DNA of 64,000 nucleotides from Diplonema papillatum. Its lineage: Eukaryota. Positions 14,721 to 24,953 of this stretch are shown here, piece after piece. Made by a program: the position numbers and the translations under genes. Each line of letters starts with the position of its first letter. Position 1 is the first letter of the stretch. Location: NCBI GenBank assembly GCA_030068145.1, contig JAPJBO010000372.1:141284-205283 (forward strand), written 5' to 3'. Under the pieces are notes generated by a model, which saw nothing but the letters and a program-made list of their open reading frames with translations, searched no databases and was not told where the DNA came from.

Positions 14721-15875
14721 ATGCCTCCGAAGAAGAAGCGGAAAGCAGCGGACGACAGCGGCTCTGCTGCTGGCAGCGCAGGGGGCGGGCCCGAAGGCGG
14801 GGCGGCTGCTGCGGCGGAGGGCGGGGCGCCGCGCGTGCCGCCGCTGGCGATGGACGGCGTTCCGGACGGGACGGGGGCCGTGCCCACCCTCGGCATGGGG
14901 TCTCCGCGGGAAGCCATCGAACGATTCCCGGCAGTCGGGCCGCGGCCGTTTGAGTTCTACCACCTCACCGATCTGCCGCTCAGTGTCGACCCCGCCGCGG
15001 GTGCTGCAGGCGACGCGGGGTGTGTCTTCTTTGAGTTCTTCGCCCGCTGGAGCAGAGCCGCTACCTGCAGCGCTTCCGGAGCGACTTACGCCCGCCGTAG
15101 GAGCACGAAGAGAAGTCGGGTGACCGGAAACTCCCCGGAGAGATGGTCCCTGCACTCTAAATCGCCCCTTCTTTGTGTTCTTCGCGTTAACATCGCACTG
15201 TGTTGACAAAAGTAGTCGATGGTGAAATACGCGAGCCCGCACAAACAAAAACCAACCAAAACCAAAAAATGAAAAACGACAACTGCCCGCACCCAAGGAT
15301 CCTGACTTAACACGAAGTGAACTAATATTTCCACCCCGAGACGGTACGAAACTCCGAACCTATGAAACTATGTTTTCCACCCCGTACACAGAAGTCGGAA
15401 GCGATACGCGTTGCCCGCATTTCTGTTAGACCCGCCTGCGACGGCGAGTGTGCCGGCTGAGTTGAATCTAGCGCAACTCGGACCTGACGTGGTGCAGAAG
15501 TTGATGCACCAAGCGATCAGCGTTGCGCCGCGAAGAAAAACGACGAAAATCACGCCCCGCCACACCGACGGGCCGTGCGGGGTTCCCCTCCCTGCTGACG
15601 GCAGGCCGGACGAGAAGCAAGCAGCTGTCGAAGAGGAGCGACGTCTGCTTGACTCGTACACCGACGGGGCTTTCCCGTTTTTGTTCCACGGGGGTGCCGT
15701 GCCGCCGGCCGCTCCTGCAGACGACTTCTTCACCGGGACTCTGCTTTCTCTGTTATCCCGCTACCAAGCTTCGGTTGACCCCCACCTGCGGCATATCCTT
15801 CAGAGCAACACCTTCATCGAGCTTCTCGCTGTCGAGCGGGCGCAGCAGATTCTCAGTCACGCAACCGGAACGTAG
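14721..15875 (+). CDS. Hypothetical protein; N-terminus MPPKKKRKAADD is NLS-like; probably two exons (about 14721-15112 and about 15400-15875)
   Basis: The ORF at 14712-15206 (real ATG at 14721) begins MPPKKKRK and has a possible donor gtgaccgg at about 15113. ORF 15411-15875 may be a second exon. The stretch is very GC-rich with overlapping antisense ORFs, so the model is weak and no homology was recognised. Confidence 0.22.
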
Positions 15876-16282
15876 GCAGCCATCCTGCAAAACCCGTGTC
15901 CAGCGTGTCCGCATGTAGTTACTAGCTGGCGTTTCTGTCACACAGTTTGCTACATTTGCAGGCCTATGGTGCCCTCTCCCGAATATTTGCTTGTGCTGAG
16001 GTAGTCCTGGGCTTGAGTGACGACTAACAGCCACCTGATGAACAGGTTACACACTTAGGAAAGGTCCACCTAATGTGTCCGTGAGTGATCGAAACACGAA
16101 GCAGATTTTAGAACACTTATTCCAAGCATCGACTCTTCTACCCCAGTAAGAGTCAGACGCTCACGGGCGTGGAAGATTCTGCAGTGCATCTGCATTTGTG
16201 TAGGCTTATCAACTGACACCCTCCAAAATGCCACCTAGCTCATTGACTTCGAACCAACGGGCCTCTCGTTAGGTCAACTCAT

Positions 16283-16284
16283 CC

Positions 16285-16322
<38 letters not shown>
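16283..16322. repeat. (CT)n/(AG)n microsatellite
   Basis: Direct read: tctctctctctctctctctctctctctc. It explains the RERERE... start of the spurious minus-strand ORF 16269-17084. Confidence 0.85.
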
Positions 16323-17473
16323 TTGTTGCCGAAAACCAAGGCTTCCGACCTGAGGCAACGCACGTTTCGAGCTGAGCACAGTCGGATGGTTGTTGCGGGG
16401 CCAACGTGTACCATCCTTGCTGCGAAGTCTCCTCTCAGACGTAGTTGCAGATTTTCTTTTCGTATCGATGCCACAGGTTCTCGCAGGCCGTGTTAAATAG
16501 TACGGCTGACTGTCGCCTCGTTGTGAACACACCGCAAGCGACGAAGAAGCGGTTCCGCGGTGACGATGATGGCTGGGTAAATCCACTGAGAGGCGTGTCA
16601 TGACGTACAAATGACATCCAGCTGTCGGTGCGTGAAAACACGCAGTAGTCGGGTACATAGTGAGCAGTGCACAGGTTAGGCTGTCTCGTATAGACAGCGC
16701 CAGAGGATCGCCATGCATGGTGAGAGACCCCATCGTGTTTTGAAACAGGAAGAAAAACAACACCAACCGGAAAACAAAAGGGAAAATGAAGACGGACGCA
16801 TCGCCGATGGATGACCACTGCACGAGTGCTCTGTCCGGATTCCCGGTCAGCGAGTGTGTGCGCGGGGCAGCGGAGGCACCGTGTGTCATGGCAGGCAATG
16901 ATGAGAGGAGTCTTGACTCGCAAGGACTGAGCTTGCTCAGCTCGGTGATGGATACAGAAGGCGAGTCGAGGGAAGACTTCTCGTTCGGGTTCGTGCAGCC
17001 GAAGGCAGCCGAACGGTCCTTCGTTGCGAACACGCCGGAGGTTAGAAAGAAGAGGTCCCGTGACGACAACTGCAGTCCTTCCACTGGTGGCTTGTCATCA
17101 AGTACCGCTGGCGCTCAGTTGTCACCGCAGACGCCGAGCACCGACGGAAAGAAGACACGCGTGCGCACAGAGTGCATCACAGGCGTTCGCATCAACGAAG
17201 TCGGAAGGGTCGTCCCCATCAGCCGTACCACCGCCCGCGCCCCGAGCGTGTCCAGCGACAGCGTCAACATGCCCGCGGTCAAGAGGAAAGATGGTGTCGA
17301 GATCAGGTTTCTTCCCCGCCCACCCGCGCCCCCCTCCTTCTTGTGTTAAAAATCAGTAGTTGGCAGCGTACTACATGAAACTTACCAAAAGCAGATGAGT
17401 TCCGCTAGTGCACAAACACACTGCGGAACAGCAGCCACCAAAGCTGGCTCCCCCGTTCGCAGGAGATATATAT

Positions 17474-17950
17474 GAGACGATGCCAAAACCCCCCCCCCCC
17501 CCCTTTGCACTAATAAAATATTTTTTGACGTCACTCCATACTGGCCCCGAACCCCCATCTGTGTGGCCCAAAACGGGTCCCAAACGGTTTTTGACGGGCT
17601 GAGTTGAGGTAAAGGGGTCTCTGAAGGCCCACGAATGGGCCCAGGTGGGCCCAGGTGGGCCCCGGAGCGGGCTCTCAGTGCGAGGGGGTGTGCCCCCAAA
17701 ATGGGGTCATTTTCAAAGCCTCGCCACTACTCAAGCTAGTCAAACACCTTCTGGCCTCCAGCGGGAAACCCAGACTACACAACGACAAGATCGGCTGTGT
17801 TCCGCTGTAGATAGCCACCAGCGGGTCCTCTTGAAGCCGAAGAGTGTTCTCAGGGGTCACAGATAGCCCTACTTGGCCACCCCGCCTGCAGCGCCTGCAG
17901 TGGGCAGGCACACATTGTAAATAGAGTGGGTGCAGCAGGTGCACCCTGCC
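17474..17950. repeat. Left TIR of the long-TIR transposon
   Basis: Inverted match to 19988-20460; contains a C14 run at 17490-17503. Confidence 0.6.
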
Positions 17951-18015
17951 TTTACCAGCAGTACTAATTAAGAATACAGGTTGACCCAGGAAAACGGAAA
18001 CTAAGAGAGGGGAAA

Positions 18016-19893
18016 ATGCCAAAGATCACGGGTCTGGAGTTCGTGGAGTCATCGGTGCGAGCAATGCAGAAGTTATCGCCGTTTCATGAGGAAACAAGAC
18101 GTGGTCAGTCCATGCAGAGACGACTCGTAGCCAGCAGGACCTTTTGTGAAAAGGTCTCTGGTGACGACCTGATCGGTTTCTTTCTCGCCCTAATGACAGA
18201 GGAGGAGAAGGTTGACATCTGGAAGCGCCTTTCTGGTAGGCTTTCAGAAGCCTTCAACAGCCTTGACGACGAGGCGAGCCGGCGACGCATCGTGAGCGGT
18301 TTGGACTGGGCACGTGCCCGGTACAGGGCTGTTGGAATGGTCGTGGGTGACAATCTCTGGAAGAACCGGGGAAAGGCTGCCGAGATTGGCGTTGGCGGGA
18401 GGCCCACAGTTGTCACACCAGAGATGCGTGAAAAGGTATCTCAGGAGCATGACCAATTCTCCACGCCAACATCAAGGGTACTGAAGAGGCTTTCAAAAGA
18501 AGAAGAAGAAGAGCCTGTCACGGCACACAACCTCTTGGTACCGTACCGTCTTGTGTACGACGAGAGCGACCTGCAGGATGAGGTGTCGTACACTACGTAC
18601 CGGCGCATGCGGAATCCGAAGTTTCAGCATCTGTCCCGACGAACTGACGTGTGTGACATCTGCGATGCGGGGGAGACCGTCAAATCTCAGATGCGGCGAT
18701 ACATTGACGCGAACCGCCAGCACCTGACCTCAGCGCATTGGTACAACGCCAACAACCCGATGTTCCTCACCGCTTGCCTGTATGAGAAGATGATCCCGGA
18801 ACGGGTAAGAAAGTGCATGAGCGGCTTCTTGCACCAGCTCATGGAGGTCCAACACCACACGACCAGTGCAGAACGACAACGGAGCGCCTACAGAGCGCAC
18901 TACACATCACCACCCGCCGGGACTGTGGTAGTCACTGTCGACTTCAAGCAGAAGGGAAGGCTGCCCATGTTGAAGCAGGAGCCCGGAAAGCTCTTTTACA
19001 GCCAGGGTGCCTTCTCACTGCTCGGTTTCGGCCTACACTGGACCGAAGATGTAGTTGTCAGGCGGCACCATGTGGATGTGCTTCTTCGCACGCATAATCA
19101 GGACTCCATGGTATTCGTGCGTGCTTACGAATTGGTCAAGAACCGCCTCCCGCAGGACCGCAAGGTCATCTTTTGGATGGACTCTGGTCGGCACTTCCGA
19201 TCGGTGCTTTCTGTTAGTCGTCTCCTGCTAGATCCTGACACACAGTCCATCAACTTTTTTGTTGGAGGGCACGGAAAGAATGACCGGGACCAGCACTTCG
19301 GAGCCATCAGCAGGAAACTGGAGATGGTGTCCAAGTCCACAGACATTCTGAACCTCGGGCAAGTTAAAAAAGCCATCGAACAGATCCGAAACACAACGGC
19401 GCCCAAGCTTTGCCTTCGCAGCCAGGTTGCTGAATTTGAGGTGCTCGACATACCGAACCTCATGATGATTTCTTCTTTCGAGCGAGACCCCCTGACAGGT
19501 GCCTTATCGGTACACGAGCACTCTGGCGACAATGGCTTTCTGCTCAAAAAGCGAGTCCACGTCATAAAGTTCAAGTTTGTTGCCAAGGTTTCGGACAAAC
19601 TGCCACTGGGCGAGTCAGATACTGACTGCTCAAGGTGTTCAGACGACATTGGCTCAAGTGCTTCCAGTGATGAACAGGAGACCGTGGCCGAGAAGATGCA
19701 GAAAAAGAGGACAAAGAAGAAAGAGATGTTTGCCAAGATGGCAGACCAGGAAATAAAAAACAGGGCCCGGGGAAAACATCCACCCAAGGAGAAGCCATCA
19801 GCAAAAGCCCAGGCCAAACCGCGTCCAAAGACATCCAAGTCCAGTGAACGGAGTTCAGATGCAGCCCCTCCAAGCAAGCGTCAGAAAAAGTGA
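18016..19893 (+). CDS. Putative transposase (625 aa) of unrecognised superfamily, with a lysine-rich NLS-like C-terminus
   Basis: This uninterrupted 1.9-kb ORF fills the space between the TIRs, in a genome whose other genes have introns. Candidate acidic residues are spaced like a DDE/D triad: VTVDFKQKG at about aa 303, IFWMDSGRHF at about aa 388 and GHGKNDRDQHF at about aa 421-423 (roughly DD35D spacing). The ORF also has a CDICD motif and a KKRTKKK...KRQKK tail. Assignment to a superfamily is not possible by eye. Confidence 0.5.
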   Translation: MPKITGLEFVESSVRAMQKLSPFHEETRRGQSMQRRLVASRTFCEKVSGDDLIGFFLALMTEEEKVDIWKRLSGRLSEAFNSLDDEASRRRIVSGLDWARARYRAVGMVVGDNLWKNRGKAAEIGVGGRPTVVTPEMREKVSQEHDQFSTPTSRVLKRLSKEEEEEPVTAHNLLVPYRLVYDESDLQDEVSYTTYRRMRNPKFQHLSRRTDVCDICDAGETVKSQMRRYIDANRQHLTSAHWYNANNPMFLTACLYEKMIPERVRKCMSGFLHQLMEVQHHTTSAERQRSAYRAHYTSPPAGTVVVTVDFKQKGRLPMLKQEPGKLFYSQGAFSLLGFGLHWTEDVVVRRHHVDVLLRTHNQDSMVFVRAYELVKNRLPQDRKVIFWMDSGRHFRSVLSVSRLLLDPDTQSINFFVGGHGKNDRDQHFGAISRKLEMVSKSTDILNLGQVKKAIEQIRNTTAPKLCLRSQVAEFEVLDIPNLMMISSFERDPLTGALSVHEHSGDNGFLLKKRVHVIKFKFVAKVSDKLPLGESDTDCSRCSDDIGSSASSDEQETVAEKMQKKRTKKKEMFAKMADQEIKNRARGKHPPKEKPSAKAQAKPRPKTSKSSERSSDAAPPSKRQKK

Positions 19894-19987
19894 AGTCGCC
19901 ATCTCCACCTCTTGGTTCTTTTGCATTTTTCCACCTTATATTCTGCGTTTTCCTGGTAAGCACTGTGTTCTCAAAAGCGGGTGAAGC

Positions 19988-20460
19988 CGGATTCTAGGCA
20001 GGGCGCACTTGCACACCGCACATTCTAAGCGTGTGCCTGCCCACTGCTGGCGCTGCGCACATGGGGCTAACTGTGACCCCCGAGAGCATTCTTCGGCTTC
20101 AAGAGGACCCGCTGGTGGCTATCTACGGCGGAACACAGCCGATCTTGTCGTTTTGAAGTCTGGGTTTCCCGCTGGAGGCCAGAAAGTGTTTGACTAGCTT
20201 GAGTAGTGGCGAGGCCCGAAAATGACCCCATTTTGGGGACTCTCCCCCTCGCGCTCCAGGGGCCTACCTGGGCCTACCTGGGCCCACCTGGGCCTATTCG
20301 TGGGCCTTCAGAGACCCCTTTACCTCGACTCAGCCCGCCAAAAACCGTTTGGGAACCGTTTTGGGCCACACAGGTGGGGGTTCGGGGCCAGTATGGGGTG
20401 ACATCAAAAAAAGTTTTATTAGTGCAAAGGGGGGGGGGGGGGGGGTTTTGGCATCGTACC
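19988..20460. repeat. Right TIR of the long-TIR transposon
   Basis: Inverted match to 17474-17950; contains a G-run at 20429-20445. Confidence 0.6.
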
Positions 20461-23400
20461 ATATAGATCTATAAGTCTCACAGACAACATCCCCTTTTGG
20501 CCCAAGCCTTGAAACGGTAACATACCCGGCTTCACTAGAGTGCCGGCTCCCGGCGAGCTACGAGGGAACAGCAAGCTTTCCACACCCTCACACACCGTTG
20601 GCTTGCTGTTTCGAACCGTCGGTCACTCGAAGTTTGCGGTCGCACGACAGTCGTTGCTGCCCGCACTTGAGAAAACAATGCACCTCCTCAGTCAGGGAGG
20701 CCTCGGGAAACCTGCGCGCAACATCTAGATCTTAGAACACTTTCGATACTATTCGGACGAGAGCTACCATTTGTACGTCCACCTGGTCACAGAACATTCG
20801 CGCACGGTCGCACGGCGTGCATCCGTGGCCTAGAGAGTCCTCGGACTTCAGACTAAAACGTGTTGGGCACACACCAAGCACGTTCTTACCTCCGAAACAA
20901 ACCTTTCTACAGGACAACACCGTCGGCACAGCTTGGCCCAAAAGTCAATCTGTCGAGAAAACTTGCCTTTGACGACGACATGATTGCGGCTCTGGAGCAA
21001 CTCTCGATTTGGAAGAAGTAATTATTTTCACAAGCCTCAATGCCATACTAGCCTCAAAGGTAGCCAGACGGCGCAAAACGAAGCAAGAAAACACCGTCGT
21101 TTCTCCATTCCTTTTATTTTTAACTTGACCCGTCCTTCCTCTCATGCGCGAGTCTGGTTTCTTTTTATATTTTATTATTGTCACGTCCTCCGCACCTGCT
21201 GCAGCGACCTCGTGTAGGGGTTGGACGATACAGCTTCCGTTTCAGTTATTTATGTCTTTCAACAAAACTACGCATTTCTTTCGGACGGTCCGGGGCAGCA
21301 ATCAGAGGCAGGCACCTTTGAGCGCAGGAAAAGTGCTCCGGGAAAACCTGCCGAAGACGGTGCAAAAAAGAATTCCCCCGCCCAGCAACGCAGAGGAATC
21401 CTGGTACGGGTTCTGTCAGTGGAGTTCCCGATGCATCGCAAGACTGCAACGCAACGGGCCTGCAGGCCGAGTCGCGAAGTTTCATAACCTTGCACTTCAG
21501 CAAAAATACGCGTATGGCGTGGACGTCGGCGTTCCTTCCGACAAGGAGATTACCCGCAAGGCATTATTACCACCGTTCATATATGATGCAATGGTTATAT
21601 CCCCAGCCTTCTGAACTCAACCCAGCACTCACTCAACTCCCGGATTTTCATAGCAGCACAGACTTGTCCCCGAATTGTGTTGACAGGTTCAAATATGTTC
21701 GCATCGTAAGTATGGTGCAGGAAAGCTTGCATCTCGGCGCCATAAACCATACAGGGAGAGAAGGAACACGTTACAAAACTTGATTGCCCACTCCGTAGGT
21801 CTGCAACATCCGCAATCACAACACAGAAGGCCAGGTGCCTTTCAAATGGTACCTCTGCTTGCGCTCCCGCCCCGGAGCGATCTTCCGCTTATCCTTCTTA
21901 TCTTGTTCTTTCACCTGCCCTCCCCGCCATTCTTCTGCAATGCCCACAACCAAGACCATAGGAGACGGAATCCACCGAAAGACGTCTTACACTGAGGTAC
22001 TGTGTGAACAGGTTGAAAAGATGGAACGCCACGTTTCTTTGAAGCGTTCCGTTTGTCCCCGTACCCAGAACCCTGAAAGCGTCTGCGTCAACCAAGATTC
22101 CTTCCGGAAATTAAGGCCAGTTACGTTAAGAAGTTCATTCGTGCTGAGCCAAACAGTAATATCGTGTTTGGAGCCACAGCCGAGCTGCGTCCCGGTCTGC
22201 TCTTGACCTACGGGAACAGCATGACTGCTAACCCACAGCAACGAAGTACGTGCATGGGGGATGCTTCAACGCTCTTCACCATCTCATACGTCAGCTGAAG
22301 AAATACGCCACACGCACCTCCGGCACCCGCTGGCTCAAGGGCGCTCTCAGTACTCAAACATCTCAGGAAAAGAACGGCCCTGCATCAAACGGCCGCCCTA
22401 CTACTCTACCTTTCCGTGCCACTGCACACGGGGAGCCTATCCTCCATGTTGTGCTCTTCTTTTCAGTCCTCTTTTTTCTTCTTTCGTTTAGTTTTTCTTT
22501 CGAACTTCAGCTTGTTTTTCACGTAACGGTCAGCTCTCAATGAAAAACCCTGCCTAAATTCTAAAAGTCTTTGGTCATCAAAAAATCGAGCGAAATGCAA
22601 AAAAACACAGGCAGTCCTGCTGGACTGCATTTCATGGTTTGGGAATGGCCAAAACATCAATCTGCTAAGTGTTCAGAAGCGAGCTTGCAGTACGCAGGCC
22701 GCGGGAGGAGCAAAAGTGGGGACTGCGGCTCCGTTTTGAGCGCAGGTTTTTGTCCTACATATAGCCCTGATTTAATTCTCCCGAATGCTCCAACTGAAGG
22801 ACTATAGAGACAATAGGGAAAAGTTAATTGCTGATCCACTGAGAAAGTAGTATCACGGAGTTTTTCTTTTTTATTTTTTCCGCGTCTCAGAAGTTTGATA
22901 GAATTCTAGAACCGTATTTAAGAAACAGAAAACAAAGTGTGCAAAGAACAGAACAATAGAATGACATCGAGAAGGGGTGCGGAAAAAGAGAAGGGCCAAC
23001 ACGGCGTAGCCAGCAGATGGAGGACAGAACTCGTCGTCTTTTTTTAAGAATTCATTGTTCGCACTAGACTCTCTTAGCATCTGAAAAAGAAAAACCAGGG
23101 TTCAGAATGCGGCGAGAAAAGTGTTCAAAATCTGCTGTCCTGCACGGCGTTGTGCCTCGTGTTTCTATCACACGGTTTCCCGGCTCGCACCCACCGGAAC
23201 TTTTTCTTCAGCTCCCCCTTGCGTTGATGAGTTCCAGTACCAAGGAAGACTTTCAGTTCGAGGCAGGGGCGCGCCTGATTGAATGGAAACATTCATAACC
23301 TACGCCGAAGCTGTACACTTCCTGTTTCCCCTTAGCTTGCTCTTCCTGACAACAACGCATCCTCTTGTTCGCCGTTTTTGTCCGTATCGCCACGCAGGAA

Positions 23401-24189
23401 TGAGGGAAACTATTCTTGAATAGTTACGCCTATTCAAGGCACATGACAAACCCGGGAAACAGGTCTCGGGTGGATAGCGTTACCTCCACTGTTCCGGCCT
23501 TCCTCTCCAACCAAAAATAGCGAACATCAAAAGCAAACAACAAACCACACAAAATACACGTCTCAACACAATAGCTTCAGTTGAACTTATCAAGAGAAAA
23601 GTAAAATGGCCGACTGAAGGGAGAAGAAGATACGAACAACATGGAGCTTCTCCGGAAGAGGAAAGGACCCGGCGCGGCGAAGGCTGTAGGTTGGGGCGGC
23701 CAGTCGCACGCTATTCAGAAGCTGCTGGAAAGAGTCGCCCGCATAACTGGCGATGCACCGATACCTCCCTTGGCACGCACGCAGCTTTTGTACGTGGCAG
23801 AGCTCGTGCACAGCAAACTCGATCTAGCTTGCTCAACTTCGGCACCTGTGTCCATCAAGCTCGTGGTGGAGGCTTTTCACATGATCGAAGAGTACCTTCT
23901 TGAGCTGAACACGTTGTGCGGCTACCCGCAAGAAGCTGACCTCGTCACAGATTTGGCTGCCGCATTCAAAGCAGAGCCTGCGGCTCTCCCTAAAGTCGGG
24001 TTTTTGCGCGATGCTGGAGGCAAGGTATCTTTCGTCCCACCCTTGTGCCAGTGTAGGGGCTGCTTGAATTGAAAAAGCATCGAGCTAGCCTGGTGGTGCC
24101 AACCCTCGTGGGGAGGGAGGCGTATCCCCAAGTTCACGTATTCTGAAAGCGAAATTGGGCCCACTTCTATCGGACTTTGACCTGTTGTG

Positions 24190-24295
24190 TTTGTGTGATT
24201 TGTCGTGTAGGGGTAGACCCGCATGACCTCACGTCCTTTCAACACGTGGTTCGGTAGTTACAGCACTTGGAATCCCTTCTGTTCTTTGTCGGGCA
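24190..24295 (+). repeat. Short dispersed repeat (about 100 bp); other copies at 26040-26075 (+, internally deleted) and 49540-49632 (-)
   Basis: cgtgtaggggtagacccgcatgacctcacgtcctttcaacacgtggttcggtagttacagcacttggaatccc matches the reverse complement of 49540-49632. The copy at 26040 joins cgtgtag directly to ttccagcacttgg, lacking the central 50 bp. Confidence 0.6.
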
Positions 24296-24953
24296 GCATC
24301 GTCGAGCATTTCCTTTCAAGCTGGCGCTTAAGTAAAATCACACGCTGCTAAGGCTCTCCGGACTCGGTTTGCGTCGGGAGAAACTTCGGATTCTGCACCA
24401 GTCTTCCAGAAAGGGGAGACGGATTCCCGGTTTCCTTTGGTGAGGTCCTTGTAGCTTAGTGTTAAGCAGCAAGCGAGGGGGGCATGCTATCATTGCTCTT
24501 TACAGATGTTCTTGTTGGTCTTAGTCAAGCAGTTGAAGTAGGTGTTCACCTTCGCCTGCCCACCTGCGCCGGTGAACGAAATCAGGGTTCTTATTGCTGG
24601 GAAGAGCGGGTGTGTTGCTGAGACACACGTGTTCTTACGGGTTCCGGCGTGTATACTCGAGATTTTGAAGGGTTCAAGCTTTATCGTTCGAAGTGAACGC
24701 TGGCTGTTGCACACGTCGTTTTGTTCATAGGAACATCAGCGGTCGTAATAGTATCGTGAGGAGAGATGTAGCACCGCCACACCTGCAGATTCGGATAGGA
24801 ACGCTTCACAGAGGAGGTGACGACAGAAGCGGTGCGGGACATCACCCCACGTTGGAGTTTAGCGGTTCGCCAAACAAGTACCAACAGCTGGCGATCGAGA
24901 GCCGGCGCGAGAGTTCGTTGTCGAAACCAGGCACTGAAGAACCGAGCAGTGCG

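Larger units (their letters stand above)
17474..20460. mobile_element. DNA transposon of about 3.0 kb with long (about 480 bp) terminal inverted repeats and a single intronless ORF
   Basis: The left arm at 17474-17950 matches the reverse complement of 19988-20460 at roughly 90% identity. Shared termini are (g)acgatgccaaaacc followed by a poly-C/poly-G run; both arms contain gggcccaggtgggcccaggt repeats. The supplied ORF track shows the same peptide in opposite orientations in the two arms (17382-17699 minus, 20206-20466 plus). The flanks are AT-rich (gatatatat on the left, atatagatc on the right), so a TA or TATA target duplication is possible but not clear. Confidence 0.65.

Noticed and set aside
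16269-17084. 271-aa minus ORF beginning ...REREREREREK
   Set aside because: It starts inside a (CT)n microsatellite, has no recognisable domains, and overlaps opposite-strand ORFs of similar size.
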